Shown: positions 31,327 to 41,718 of the stretch, in pieces
How the letters are laid out: each line of letters opens with the position of its first letter
Position numbering within the stretch: position 1 is the first letter of the stretch
Source: an uncultured delta proteobacterium
GTDB taxonomy: Bacteria > Myxococcota_A > Polyangia > Fen-1088
Assembly: GCA_963796685.1 (NCBI GenBank)
Contig: CAWCMR010000018.1
Coordinates: 1-64,000 of the forward strand
DNA: 64,000 nucleotides
Direction: 5' to 3'
Position numbers and translations under genes: made by a program
Notes under the pieces: model-generated
What the model saw: the letters and a program-made list of their open reading frames with translations, nothing else
What the model was told of the DNA's origin: nothing
Database searches by the model: none

Positions 31327-33447
31327 CTAGCCGGCGGCGCGCTTGGATCCGCCGGCGTCCTTTTCTTTCTTGGTGCGGAACTCGAGGATCATGGCCTCGC
31401 GCTGCTGCTTGGGGAGCTCGGCGTAGCGCTTGAACTCCATGCTGAACTCGCCCTTGCCTTGGGTGGCCGAGCGCAGATCGGTCGAGTAGCCGAACATGTC
31501 CGCCAGGGGCACCTCGGCCATGGCCTGCACGTAGGTCTCGTGCTTCTCCGTCGACATGATGGCGCCACGGCGCTGGTTGAGCTGGCCGATGACCGCGCCC
31601 TGGAACTCCTCGGGGAACTGCACTTCGACCAGCATCATGGGCTCGAGGATCGTGGGCTTGGCCTTGTTGTAGGCCTCGCGGAAGCCCATGAGGGCGGCCG
31701 TGCGGAAGGCGATTTCCGACGAGTCCACGGGGTGCGAATTGCCGTCGTTGACCGCGCAGCGAACGCCCACGATGGGGAAGCCGATGAGCGGGCCCTTGCG
31801 CATGGCCTCTTGGAAGCCCTTGTCGCAGGCCGGGATGAACTCGCGCGGGATGGCGCCACCCTTGATCTCGTCGAGGAACTCGTAGCCCGTGGGGTGGTCC
31901 ATGGGCAAGGGCTCGATGTAGCCGGCCACCTTGCCGTACTGGCCCGAGCCGCCGGTCTGCTTGCGGTGGGTGTAGCTGTACTCGCCGCGCTGGACGATGG
32001 TCTCGCGGTACTTGACCTGGGGACGGCCGGGAATGACCACGCAGTTGTACTCGCGCTTCATGCGCTCGATGTAGATTTCGAGGTGAAGCTCGCCCATGCC
32101 GCTGATGATGGTCTGGCCCGATTCCTCGTCACGGTGCACGCGGAAGGTCGGGTCTTCCTTGGTGAAGCGGTTGAGCGCCTTCGAGAAGTTGGTGGCCGTG
32201 GTCTTGTCCTTCGGCTCGACGGCGAGCGAGATGACCGCGTCCGGCACGTGCATGGAGGTCAGGGTGTAGTTGACCTTGCCGTCGGTGAAGGTGTCACCCG
32301 AGGCGCAGTCCACGCCGAACAGGGCCACGATGTCGCCGGCCTCGGCGGAGTCGATGTCTTCCATCTCGTCGGCGTGCATGCGCACGAGACGCGGCACCTT
32401 GATCTTCTTGAGGTTGGACGAGCAGTTGACGATGAAGTCGCCCTTGCTCACCTTGCCCTGGTAGATGCGCATGTAGGTCAGTTGGCCATAGCGCCCGTCT
32501 TCGAGCTTGAAGGCCAGGCCCACGAAGGGCTTGCTGGCGTCGGAGACCAGGATGACCGGCTCTTCATGGTTGTTCTGATCGAGGGCCTTGTTTTCGACCT
32601 CGAAGGGATTGGGCAAAAAGGCGTTGACGCCGTCGAGCAGAAGCTGCACGCCCTTGTTCTTGTAGGCCGAGCCGATGAAGACCGGCGTGGCTTTGAAGGC
32701 AACCGTGGCGCGGCGAATGGCCGGGACCAAGTCCTCGGGCGTGATGGGTATCTCGGCCAGGAACTTTTCGGCCAGGATGTCGTCGACGTCGGCGATGGCT
32801 TCGATCATGCGCGTGTGGGCCGCCTTGGCCGTCTCGAGGAGATCGGCCGGGATCTCGGCTTCGCGCAGATCTTCACCGCTGTCGCCCTCGAAGTAGATGG
32901 CCTTCATCTTGATGAGATCCACCACGCCCTCGAAGCGATCCTCGGCGCCGATCTGGATCTGGAGAGAGATGGGGCGTAGGGCCAGCTTGTCCTTGAGCTG
33001 CGCGGTCACGCGCTCGGCGTTGGCGCCCGCGCGGTCCAGCTTGTTGATGAAGGCCAGGCGCGGCACCTTGTACCGGCGCATCTGGCGGTCCACGGTGTAC
33101 GACTGCGACTGCACGCCGGCGACGCCGCAAAGCACCAGCACCGCGCCATCGAGTACGCGCAGGGCGCGCTCGACCTCGATGGTGAAGTCCACGTGCCCCG
33201 GCGTGTCGATCAGGTTGATGGCATGGCCATTCCATTCCGCGCTGGTGGCCGCGGACTGGATGGTGATGCCCTTCTCGCGCTCGAGATCCATGAAGTCCAT
33301 GGTCGCCCCGACCCCCGACTTGCCCTTGACCTCTTCGATTTTGTGGATCTTCCCCGTGTAGTAGAGGATGCGCTCGGACAGCGTGGTCTTGCCCGAGTCG
33401 ATGTGAGCGGAGATTCCAATGTTTCTGACCTTCTCGATGGACGCCAT
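31327..33447 (-). CDS. fusA: elongation factor G
   Basis: [47 protein letters not shown]. Confidence 0.98.
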   Translation of the reverse strand: MASIEKVRNIGISAHIDSGKTTLSERILYYTGKIHKIEEVKGKSGVGATMDFMDLEREKGITIQSAATSAEWNGHAINLIDTPGHVDFTIEVERALRVLDGAVLVLCGVAGVQSQSYTVDRQMRRYKVPRLAFINKLDRAGANAERVTAQLKDKLALRPISLQIQIGAEDRFEGVVDLIKMKAIYFEGDSGEDLREAEIPADLLETAKAAHTRMIEAIADVDDILAEKFLAEIPITPEDLVPAIRRATVAFKATPVFIGSAYKNKGVQLLLDGVNAFLPNPFEVENKALDQNNHEEPVILVSDASKPFVGLAFKLEDGRYGQLTYMRIYQGKVSKGDFIVNCSSNLKKIKVPRLVRMHADEMEDIDSAEAGDIVALFGVDCASGDTFTDGKVNYTLTSMHVPDAVISLAVEPKDKTTATNFSKALNRFTKEDPTFRVHRDEESGQTIISGMGELHLEIYIERMKREYNCVVIPGRPQVKYRETIVQRGEYSYTHRKQTGGSGQYGKVAGYIEPLPMDHPTGYEFLDEIKGGAIPREFIPACDKGFQEAMRKGPLIGFPIVGVRCAVNDGNSHPVDSSEIAFRTAALMGFREAYNKAKPTILEPMMLVEVQFPEEFQGAVIGQLNQRRGAIMSTEKHETYVQAMAEVPLADMFGYSTDLRSATQGKGEFSMEFKRYAELPKQQREAMILEFRTKKEKDAGGSKRAAG

Positions 33448-33615
33448 TACTTCCTAACCTGTTCTTTCTTGAGTTGGCCCACCCCGGGCCAAGGGACCTT
33501 GCTAAAGGCGCGGCAGTTTAGCGAGCAGCGCCCCAAAAGCTAGATAAATTTCTTCGTCAGGTGCGCTACTTTTCTGCAACCCCACGCAATCGCCAAGGCC
33601 CGGAACCGATAATTT

Positions 33616-33785
33616 TCTAAGGAAGCCAGGAAAGCAGGAAAAGAGAGAACAAGCGGGATAACCGGCAGTGTCATCGGCGCTTCACCGGCTGGACCCGTCG
33701 GTGGCTTCGGTCAACGCTCGAAATCAAGCGCGTCATTGCCTTCCAACGGCCCTACCCCCATTCCTGGATTCCTGGCTTCCTTAGA
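33616..33785 (+). mobile_element. inverted-repeat-bounded mini-element containing a deleted GxxExxY gene
   Basis: 25-bp IR (23/25) TCTAAGGAAGCCAGGAAAGCAGGAA / TTCCTGGATTCCTGGCTTCCTTAGA; interior encodes ITGSVIGA and TLEIKRVIA. Confidence 0.65.
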
Positions 33786-33841
33786 GGTTAAGCACCCTAC
33801 GTCGTCTCTGCCGTTGCATTTTCGCCGGCAAGTCGCGTCTA

Positions 33842-34801
33842 ATGCCCGGCGTGCCAGCGAAATCCGATCTGTTTGACAAGGGTTCCTCCCAGCTCCACCT
33901 GAATATTGCCACGGACAAGTCTCTCACGAGAAAACAGGAGGTCGAGACTCCTTATTCGCGACCGTTCTTGAAATGGGCGGGTGGCAAGACCCAGCTCTTG
34001 CCGCAGCTGGCGCGTTTCTATCCGCCGAGGGGTAGCGTCAAGCGTTACATCGAACCCTTCCTTGGGAGTGGCGCGGTGTTCTTCCACTTCAAGGCCCTGG
34101 TCGAACCCAAGGCCGCCATCCTGTGGGACAACAACCGCGAGCTCGTCGAGACCTTCCAGGCCGTGCGCGACGACGTGGAACAGGTGATCAAGCTACTCAA
34201 GAAGTACCAGAAGCGGCACAGCAAGGATTTCTTCCTGGCCATGCGCGAGAAGGCCCCGCTTTCCATCGCCACCAAGGCCGCGCGCCTCATCTACCTGAAC
34301 AAGACCTGTTTCAACGGGCTCTACCGCGTGAACAGCCGCGGCGTCTTCAACGTTCCGTTCGGCAGGTACGCCAATCCCGGCATCTTCAACGAGAACGGGT
34401 TGCGCAGGACCTCCGAGCTGTTGCGCGGCGCACGGATCGAGGCCGAGGACTTCAGGTTCCTCAAGGTCGAGGCCAGGAAAAACGACTTCATCTACTTCGA
34501 CCCTCCCTACCATCCGCGCTCGAAGACGTCCTTCTTTACGGCCTACACGCGGGATCTGTTCGGCGAGACGCATCAGCGGAAACTGGCGGAGCTCTATCGC
34601 GCGCTGGACAAGAAGGGCTGTTTGCTGATGCTGTCGAACAGCGATACGCCGCTCATTCGCGAGCTGTACAAGGATTTCGACATCCGCGAGGTCTCCGCCC
34701 GGCGAAACATCAACTCGAAGGCGGATCGGCGCGGTTCGATCTGCGAGCTGGTGGTGCTGAACGCGAAGCTGGTGCAAGCTTCCAGCCGTGGGCGAGCGTA
34801 A
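33842..34801 (+). CDS. dam: Dam-family (D12 class) DNA adenine methyltransferase
   Basis: FLKWAGGK, YIEPFLGSGAV, LNKTCFNGLYRVN..FNVPFG, DPPY, LSNS. Confidence 0.93.
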   Translation: MPGVPAKSDLFDKGSSQLHLNIATDKSLTRKQEVETPYSRPFLKWAGGKTQLLPQLARFYPPRGSVKRYIEPFLGSGAVFFHFKALVEPKAAILWDNNRELVETFQAVRDDVEQVIKLLKKYQKRHSKDFFLAMREKAPLSIATKAARLIYLNKTCFNGLYRVNSRGVFNVPFGRYANPGIFNENGLRRTSELLRGARIEAEDFRFLKVEARKNDFIYFDPPYHPRSKTSFFTAYTRDLFGETHQRKLAELYRALDKKGCLLMLSNSDTPLIRELYKDFDIREVSARRNINSKADRRGSICELVVLNAKLVQASSRGRA

Positions 34802-35339
34802 CATCCACCACGGCGACGGAGGCGAGACCCAGCTTGGCAGCGGGCAGCGGGTGCGCAAGGACGACCTGCGCATCGAGTGCGTGGGCTGCGTGGACGAGCT
34901 GTCGTCCTTCCTCGGGCTGGCGCGCGCCGGCTTGGAGTCGCAGGTGCAGGCTGCGGGAACGGCGGCCATGATCGCGACCTTGCGGCGGATCCAGCACCAG
35001 CTCTATGAGCTGGGGGCGGAGTTGGCGAGGCGAGGGGGCGAAGGGGAAGCCAGAATGACCGCCGACCACGTGGCGACGCTGGATCGCGAGATCGCCACCA
35101 TAGACGCCGGGTTGCCCAAGCTGCGCGCGTTCATTCTTCCTGGCGGCGGCCTGGTTGCGTCCCATCTGCACGTGGCGCGCGCGGTTTGCCGCCGGGCCGA
35201 ACGCCAGGCCGTGCGCCTGGCCGCCGATGAAAGTCTGGGCGCCCAGGTCGTTCCCTTTCTGAACCGACTCTCGCTTCTGCTGTTCTCGCTGGCGCGCCAG
35301 GCGGCGCATCTCCTTGGCGCAGGCGACGACCCGGCCTAG
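34788..35339 (+). CDS. pduO: PduO-type ATP:cob(I)alamin adenosyltransferase
   Basis: GDGGET..RVRKDDLRIE..DELSS, FILPGG, ARAVCRRAER, FLNRLS. Confidence 0.9.
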   Translation: MGERNIHHGDGGETQLGSGQRVRKDDLRIECVGCVDELSSFLGLARAGLESQVQAAGTAAMIATLRRIQHQLYELGAELARRGGEGEARMTADHVATLDREIATIDAGLPKLRAFILPGGGLVASHLHVARAVCRRAERQAVRLAADESLGAQVVPFLNRLSLLLFSLARQAAHLLGAGDDPA

Positions 35340-35345
35340 TTGCGT

Positions 35346-37400
35346 CTATTTTTCCTGCCCGCGCAGGCTTTTCGCGCGCGTCAGGGCTTCGCGCACCTCG
35401 GGCTCTTGCGGCGCCAGGGACTGGGCCTTTTCGAAGACCGCGATGGCCCCGTCGAGCTTGCCGCTGTCCATGAGAGCCTTTCCCAGGTGGAAAAGCAGGG
35501 GCACCTCGTTGGGCCCGAAGCGCAGCGCCGAATGGTATTCCTCGATGGCTTCACGGTAGCGCTTCTGGCTGGCCAGCGCATCGGCCAGGTTGGCGTGCGC
35601 AAAGAGCTGGGCGTCCTGGAGTCGGATGGATTCGCGGTATTGCGCGACGCCTTCCTCGACCCGGCCCTGCGACACCAGCCCGAGTCCCAGGTTGTTGCGA
35701 ATGTCGGAAGCGTCCGGTTTCAGGCGCACACCCTGGGCGAAATGGAGAGTTGCCCCGCGGATGTCGTTGCGTTCGAGCAGGGCCGCGCCCAATCGGGTTT
35801 GCGCTTGCCACGCGTCGGGATTCTTCGCCACGTTGTCCGTCCACAGGGTGTACTCGCTTCGGTAGTCCATGGCGCGCGCGAAGGTCATGGCGGCGAATCC
35901 GGCTACCAACGCGACCGCGAGGCCCGCGACCAGTCGGCGGCCGTTCCGGGCGGCCTTGCGCCATAGCAGCGTGCCTGCGGCGCAAGCCAGCGCGATGATG
36001 CCGATGTCGGCGAGGTATTGAAAATGGTCCGCGACCCAGGCGGCTCGCATGTACGACATCTCGAGCAAGCCGACGACCAGCAGCAAGGCGACGAGAAAGT
36101 AGGTGAACGCGAAGAACGCCGCACGGCCGCGCCCTTGGCGATGCTTGGCGATCCACGCGTACAGCGCGATCATTCCGAGGCCTGGAATGAAGTCGTACCA
36201 GACCGGCGGCGTCACACGCCAGCGCGGGTAGATGGTGACGAGCGGCCAGGTGGTCAGCTTGCCGCGCGGCCAAGCCGGCGCCGGGTTCGCGGGACGCGTG
36301 CCGGCTAGAAAAGCCTGGGCCTCGGGCTCGGTTTCGATGGGGCGCTCGGGCATCTCGTACCAGACGATGGTGGGCGAGATGGACTTGAAGAGGTACCACC
36401 AGGTCGCCTTGCCCGCGTTGGCCACTCTCGACGCGGCGCCACCGATGGGAAGCTGGTATTCACCGATGGCGCGGCCGAGCTGGAACGACACCGTGATGGC
36501 GCCGAGCAGAACGGCCACTTGAAAGAACGCCAGGGTGCGCGGGATGCGTTGGGGGCGCAGAAATTTGCGCGCCCAGAAGCTCGCGAAGATTCCCGCCGAG
36601 CCGGCAGCGAGACACAGGACCGCCACCAGCCAGGATCCGCGTGCGACGATGCCGGCCAGGATGACGAGCGCGCCCACGAGCATGTTGAGCGGCCCCAGCC
36701 AACGCTGTTCGCGTCGGGCTTCCGCGGGGGCGGGCTCCGGGCGCCGTTGCCACCACGTGGTCAGCAGCAGCACGACGGGCAGGACGACGACGGTGGTCTT
36801 GCACAGCAGGGCGCAGACGAAGAGCAGCAGCGAAGCGACGTAGCTGCGCCCGCGCTGTCCTCGTTCGTAGCCAAACCAAGCCAGCAAGGAGAGCAAGGCG
36901 AACAGCAGGGAGAGCGTATTTTTGCACTCCGAAACCCAGGCTACCGATTCCACGTGCGTGGGATGGACCAGAAAGACCAGGCCCGCCCACAGCGCGCCGG
37001 GGATCGATAGGCGGCGCAGCACGCGCCATAGCAGTGCGGCATTCACCGCGTGCACGGCGACGTTGAGAATGTGATACGGCGGCGTACGCCCGCCGAACAG
37101 TTGATACACCAGCCACAGCACGGTGGATTTGAGCGGGAAGTAGTCCGGGTCGCTATGCCCGGCCCAGATGTCCACGAGCCCGTGCCAGGATCGCAGGGCG
37201 AGATTGTTGGTGATGGCCCGGCCGTCGTCCCAGATGAAACCCGCCGTCAGGATCGGCGCGTAGACGACGAACGCCAGCGCCATGAAGAGAAGAATCGCGC
37301 TGCCCTCGCCGCCTGCCACCTCTCGTTCCGGTTGCGTTGGCACCGGTGCGCCCGTCAGGTGTCGCTTGCTGACGTGTCTTTGACCGGCTGCCTGGGCCAC
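35346..37400 (-). CDS. TMTC-like membrane glycosyltransferase (GT-C) with C-terminal TPRs
   Basis: GFIWDD, HPTHVESVAWVSE, ADHFQY, TLWTDNVAKNP, TPR repeats; start uncertain. Confidence 0.82.
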   Translation of the reverse strand: MAQAAGQRHVSKRHLTGAPVPTQPEREVAGGEGSAILLFMALAFVVYAPILTAGFIWDDGRAITNNLALRSWHGLVDIWAGHSDPDYFPLKSTVLWLVYQLFGGRTPPYHILNVAVHAVNAALLWRVLRRLSIPGALWAGLVFLVHPTHVESVAWVSECKNTLSLLFALLSLLAWFGYERGQRGRSYVASLLLFVCALLCKTTVVVLPVVLLLTTWWQRRPEPAPAEARREQRWLGPLNMLVGALVILAGIVARGSWLVAVLCLAAGSAGIFASFWARKFLRPQRIPRTLAFFQVAVLLGAITVSFQLGRAIGEYQLPIGGAASRVANAGKATWWYLFKSISPTIVWYEMPERPIETEPEAQAFLAGTRPANPAPAWPRGKLTTWPLVTIYPRWRVTPPVWYDFIPGLGMIALYAWIAKHRQGRGRAAFFAFTYFLVALLLVVGLLEMSYMRAAWVADHFQYLADIGIIALACAAGTLLWRKAARNGRRLVAGLAVALVAGFAAMTFARAMDYRSEYTLWTDNVAKNPDAWQAQTRLGAALLERNDIRGATLHFAQGVRLKPDASDIRNNLGLGLVSQGRVEEGVAQYRESIRLQDAQLFAHANLADALASQKRYREAIEEYHSALRFGPNEVPLLFHLGKALMDSGKLDGAIAVFEKAQSLAPQEPEVREALTRAKSLRGQEK

Positions 37401-37464
37401 GCGCGCAGTCTACTTGGTCGCGTCTTGGACGAGAAGGGCGGCCCAAGATCCGTGTGGCCCAAGA

Positions 37465-37520
37465 TCTGAAAACCCTTTCTTTTCCGGCCTCTGCGTTCCC
37501 TGCACTCTCTGCGCTCTCTT
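37465..37520. repeat. right half of a CACAGAG/CGCAGAG-type element
   Basis: GATCTGAAAACCCTTTC...CTCTGCGTTCCCTGCACTCTCTGCGCTCTC resembles the right arms at 31270-31322 and 49812-49866. Confidence 0.45.
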
Positions 37521-37564
37521 CTTCCCTGGGTTTTCGTCGCTTCGGTGGTATACGAGGCCGCTTC

Positions 37565-39649
37565 ATGACAACGTTTGCCGAGCTGGGGCTGCCCCCGGCA
37601 CTTTCAGAGGCCATCGCCGCGCGTGGCTACGTGGACGCGATGCCGGTGCAGGTGGCGGTGCTGGACGAGGCCCATCGCGATCGCGATCTCTTGGTTTCCT
37701 CGCAGACCGGTTCGGGCAAGACCCTGGCCTTCGGGACGCTGCTGGCACGCACGCTGGTGCCCGTTCCCGAACCGGCGGGGAAGGTCGAGTCCGCGGGCGC
37801 CGCACCGCTTGCCAGCGCACCCAAGAAGGCCGCCGCGTACAAGCCGGCGGGCCGTCTGCCCTCGGGGCTGGTCATCGCGCCGACGCGCGAGCTCGCCAAT
37901 CAGGTACGGACCGAGCTGGCCTGGCTCTTCGCGCGGGCCAAGATCCACGTGGCCGCGTTCACGGGCGGCAGCGATCTGCGCCAGGATCTCAAGAAGCTTC
38001 ACGCGGGGGTGGACATCGTCGTGGGTACCCCTGGGCGACTCGTCGATCTCCTCTCGCGCGGGGCTTTGCATCTCGAAGCGGTGCAGACCGCCGTGCTCGA
38101 CGAAGCCGACGAAATGCTCGACATGGGTTTCCACGAGGACCTGGAGACCCTGCTGGGCGCGGCCACGGCGCGCACGCGGACGCACATGTTTTCCGCGACC
38201 CTGCCCAAGCCGATCTTGTCCCTGGCGGCCAACTACCAGAAGCACGCCGTTCGTCTGGACGCGCACAAGCTGGGCGAATCGACCGACGGCAGCCACGAGG
38301 ACATCCGCCACGTCACGCACCTCATCGCCATCGGGGATCGCACGGCAGCGGTGATCAATGTGCTTCGCCAGAACGCCGATCAGCGCGCCATCGTCTTCGG
38401 CACGACCCGCGACGGCGTGGCCGATCTGCACCGCGAGCTCGTACGCCAGGGGTTCCGCGCGGTGGTGTTGTCGGGGGATCGCGCCCAGGCCGAACGCAAC
38501 CGCGCGCTCTCGGCCCTGCGCGAGGGCGAGGCCCAGGTCTTGGTGGCGACCAACGTGGCGGCGCGCGGCCTGGACCTGCCCGAGGTCGATCTCGTGGTGC
38601 ACGCAGATCTTCCGCTCAACACCGAGGCGCTCACCCACCGCAGCGGCCGCACCGGCCGGGCCGGGCGCAAGGGCACGAGCGTGCTCATCGCCAACCTGGC
38701 CGAGCGGCGCAAGGCCGAGCGCCTGCTCGCCGGCGCGCGCGTGACGTATACCTGGACCGCAGCGCCGGGGGCGGCCGAGATCGCCAGCGAGGGCGAGAAA
38801 CGCCTGGAGGCGGCTTTGGTGGCGGCGGCGGAAGCGAGCCACGAGCCCTCCGCGGGCGTGCAGGCGGTGGCCGAGCAGCTCGGCAAGCACATCAAGAAGG
38901 ATGCTCTCATCCATCTCCTCCTCGAGCGCGAGCTCTCCCGCGTCCCGAGGGGCGAGACGCTCAAACCCGTGGACCTGAAGGTGGTCGCGCGCGACGCCTT
39001 CCGCCCCACCGGGCCGCCGCCCGATCGCGAGGAGTTCTCGCGCGACGCCGTTCGCTTTCGCATCAACCTGGGAGCCGACAGCCGCGCCGAACCGGGCTGG
39101 CTGCTTCCCCTCATCTGTCGTCGCGGCGGTGTCACCCGGCGCGAGATCGGCGCCATTCGCGTGGTGTCCGCCGGCTTCAGCGAGTTCGAGATTGCCGGTC
39201 CCGCCGCGAGCGACTTCGCCTTGGCAGCCTCGCAGTCCGATCCACGCGCTCCCCACGTTCGCATCGAGCGCGTGCAGGGATTTTCGGGCGCCCCGTCAGC
39301 AGCTCACACCCGTCGCCGCCCCTACGAAGACCGGCCTCGTCCCTATCCGCCGCGCAAGCTCGACGGACCCCCGCTGCCAAGCCGCGCGCCACGTCCTGCC
39401 GACATCCGTCCATCGGAAACGCCCCGCCGTGCTCCCCATCCCGGCGATTTCCGCCGGTCCGAGGCGCCCCTGTTCGCGCCTCGTTCGCGGGACGGACACG
39501 CGCCTTGGCAAGGCAAGAAGAACCCGGGTCGTAAGCCGGCACCCTGGGAGGGCTCTCCTTCCGTCCCGCGTTTTGGCCGAGCCGGGCAAAGCTCGCCTCC
39601 ACCATCTCGACTTGGTAAGAAGCCGTTCGGCAAGAAGCCCCCAGGCTGA
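37565..39649 (+). CDS. DEAD-box RNA helicase with DbpA-type RNA-binding domain
   Basis: SQTGSGKT, PTRELA, GTPGR, DEAD, SAT, HRSGRTGRAG; C-terminal WLLPLICRRGGVTRREIGAI. Confidence 0.95.
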   Translation: MTTFAELGLPPALSEAIAARGYVDAMPVQVAVLDEAHRDRDLLVSSQTGSGKTLAFGTLLARTLVPVPEPAGKVESAGAAPLASAPKKAAAYKPAGRLPSGLVIAPTRELANQVRTELAWLFARAKIHVAAFTGGSDLRQDLKKLHAGVDIVVGTPGRLVDLLSRGALHLEAVQTAVLDEADEMLDMGFHEDLETLLGAATARTRTHMFSATLPKPILSLAANYQKHAVRLDAHKLGESTDGSHEDIRHVTHLIAIGDRTAAVINVLRQNADQRAIVFGTTRDGVADLHRELVRQGFRAVVLSGDRAQAERNRALSALREGEAQVLVATNVAARGLDLPEVDLVVHADLPLNTEALTHRSGRTGRAGRKGTSVLIANLAERRKAERLLAGARVTYTWTAAPGAAEIASEGEKRLEAALVAAAEASHEPSAGVQAVAEQLGKHIKKDALIHLLLERELSRVPRGETLKPVDLKVVARDAFRPTGPPPDREEFSRDAVRFRINLGADSRAEPGWLLPLICRRGGVTRREIGAIRVVSAGFSEFEIAGPAASDFALAASQSDPRAPHVRIERVQGFSGAPSAAHTRRRPYEDRPRPYPPRKLDGPPLPSRAPRPADIRPSETPRRAPHPGDFRRSEAPLFAPRSRDGHAPWQGKKNPGRKPAPWEGSPSVPRFGRAGQSSPPPSRLGKKPFGKKPPG

Positions 39650-39739
39650 CGGAGAGCCCTGGGAGCTCGCGGGGCGGGCCACGCTGGAGGGCCCCCAGAA
39701 AATCTGTCTCGATCGGTCGCGGCCCGGTATGCTTGTGAA

Positions 39740-40150
39740 ATGGCAGCGCAGACGTCCATCGATGTGGCCGCGCTGGCCCGGATTTGCGCGGGCCATTCGG
39801 GCATACGTCTGGTCGTGCTGTTCGGATCCGTCGCCCGTGGTGGGGCCAGGGCCGATAGCGACGTGGACGTGGCGGTGCTGGGGGGCGAGTTTTGGGATCA
39901 GCTCGATCTCGGCAACGAGATGGCCGCTTTGCTGGCGCGCGAGCCTCACGTGGTGGAGATGGGGGGCATCTCTGATTGGCTGCGCTTCCAGATCGCGCAC
40001 GACGGAGTCTTGGTCTACGAAGCTGCGCCCGGCCTGTGGACCCGATTCAAGGCGCAGGCCATGGTTCTCTATTGGGATCTTGCCCCAACCATCGCACTTT
40101 GCTCGGCCGGGGTGAAACGCCGCCTGGTGCGCGAGGCCCGGCATGGGTGA
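39740..40150 (+). CDS. MntA-type minimal nucleotidyltransferase (antitoxin)
   Basis: LFGSVARG..SDVDVAV (GSx10DxD). Confidence 0.88.
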   Translation: MAAQTSIDVAALARICAGHSGIRLVVLFGSVARGGARADSDVDVAVLGGEFWDQLDLGNEMAALLAREPHVVEMGGISDWLRFQIAHDGVLVYEAAPGLWTRFKAQAMVLYWDLAPTIALCSAGVKRRLVREARHG

Positions 40151-40245
40151 TTTTTGGTGCGTGAGCTCCCGACTGGCCTGGACGATGTTCGCCACTTTCT
40201 CGACGAAATCGTTCTGGCATCCGCGAAGGCTGAGCTGCTGCGTTG
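40143..40245 (+). pseudogene. HEPN/HepT (DUF86) toxin remnant
   Basis: ATG overlapping the mnt end, then only LVRELPTGLDDVRHFLDEI..* resembling a HepT terminal helix; no Rx4H motif. Confidence 0.5.
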
Positions 40246-40259
40246 AGTCGGCTCTTGCG

Positions 40260-41702
40260 CTACCTGGTGATTGCCAGACCGACGTTCACGTCCGCTTCGA
40301 CCATGAAGTCGGGTAAGCCGGCGAGCAGGTCGAGTGCGCCATACAAGCGGAAGGCATCGTTCAGTTTGTAAGTGATGCCCGTGCCGACGCCCGCCAGGCC
40401 GATCCCGCCCAGCACGGTGTCCTTGCACGTGGTCGCGGCGCCGCACCCCGTGAGGTTCGCGCTGACCGGTGTCTGGACGCTTTGTCGGATCTGACCGGCG
40501 CCGCCCTGCACGGAGAGGAAGGGCTGCAACCTGCGCTCCTTGTCGCCCAGGAGTCGGGTTGCCTTGACCAGTCCGGCGAAGGCCATGCGGGCCGGGTGGT
40601 AGGTCTTCTGTCCGATGTGAACGTCTTGCGCACCCGTCACGAATTGGAATCGCCCCTGCGCAGAGAGGATCCAGTGGTCGTCGTGAAAGTATCCGATCTC
40701 GGGGGCAAGGTGCAAAAGTCGTGCGACCCCGAAACCCGAGACGTGGATGGCCTGCGGCGGCGTGCTGGTGTCCTCGGGATTCATCTCCGGCGCCCCTGAA
40801 AAGTAGCCGCCGCCGCTTCCTACCGCCAGAACGAACCACAACCCCGCACCACCGGATGCTTCACGGTCATGCCTCGCCCCTTTGGGCTCTGTCGAGGCGT
40901 AGGCCACGAGCACGATGCGATGGGGATCTTCAGGCGTCCCGCTGTGCGCTAGGGCTTGGTCGTCGGCGTTTTGGGCTTCGATGTAGTACGACACCTCCCT
41001 GCCCCGGGTCGCCGCGGAGGGGATTCGGGCTTCGAACCAGCTTGCCGCGTTCTCGACGGGAAGCATGTCTCGGGCAAGAAATTCGTCGCCATTCTCCGCC
41101 CGATAAGCCAGCACGATCTTGGCGGCGCCGAGGCCTGGCGGAACCTGGGCCTTGATGGCGATGGCTTGATTGCGCATGGCCTCGGTCACGACCGGATGGT
41201 TGATTTCATAGCCCACGGCTTCGGCGGACAAGCTCCGCGCGGATGGCTCTTGGCCGGTGGGGAAGGGGAGTGGCTTGGCCCCGACGTGGGGCTTGGCGGA
41301 AGTGGCCTGCGCTTCGGCGAAAGCAGCCTGCACCTCGGGATTGACGAGCGACTTGGCGATCCTGATCTTGGGGTCGATGGCGAGAGCACGGCGGAACTCG
41401 GTCAATCCGCGCTCGCGGTTCTTGAGGCCGCTGACGTAGACCACGCCCAGGAGAATGTGGGTGCGCGCCGCGGTCGGGTGGTCGTCGAGATGCGCGTTCT
41501 TGCACAGGTCCAGCGCTTTGGTGAGCAGCGCCGCCGCGCCTTCCATGTCCAGCGACTCGTAGAGGGCCAGGGCCTTCTTGTTCATCTCGACGACGTTGTT
41601 GAGGGCTTCGTCGTCCTTTTCGGTGGCTCGCGCGGCGCCCGCCAGGGCGAGCACGAGGCCGGCTATGGCCGCATGCCGGAAACCAACGCGCCTGGACAGC
41701 AT
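40260..41702 (-). CDS. exported myxobacterial protein (TPR-like N-terminus, beta-rich C-terminus)
   Basis: Signal peptide, helical ARTHILLGVVY..FRRALAIDP, YYIEA Ig-like segment, barrel-like C-terminus. Confidence 0.7.
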   Translation of the reverse strand: MLSRRVGFRHAAIAGLVLALAGAARATEKDDEALNNVVEMNKKALALYESLDMEGAAALLTKALDLCKNAHLDDHPTAARTHILLGVVYVSGLKNRERGLTEFRRALAIDPKIRIAKSLVNPEVQAAFAEAQATSAKPHVGAKPLPFPTGQEPSARSLSAEAVGYEINHPVVTEAMRNQAIAIKAQVPPGLGAAKIVLAYRAENGDEFLARDMLPVENAASWFEARIPSAATRGREVSYYIEAQNADDQALAHSGTPEDPHRIVLVAYASTEPKGARHDREASGGAGLWFVLAVGSGGGYFSGAPEMNPEDTSTPPQAIHVSGFGVARLLHLAPEIGYFHDDHWILSAQGRFQFVTGAQDVHIGQKTYHPARMAFAGLVKATRLLGDKERRLQPFLSVQGGAGQIRQSVQTPVSANLTGCGAATTCKDTVLGGIGLAGVGTGITYKLNDAFRLYGALDLLAGLPDFMVEADVNVGLAITR

Positions 41703-41718
41703 GGGCTGGAGCCCCGGA

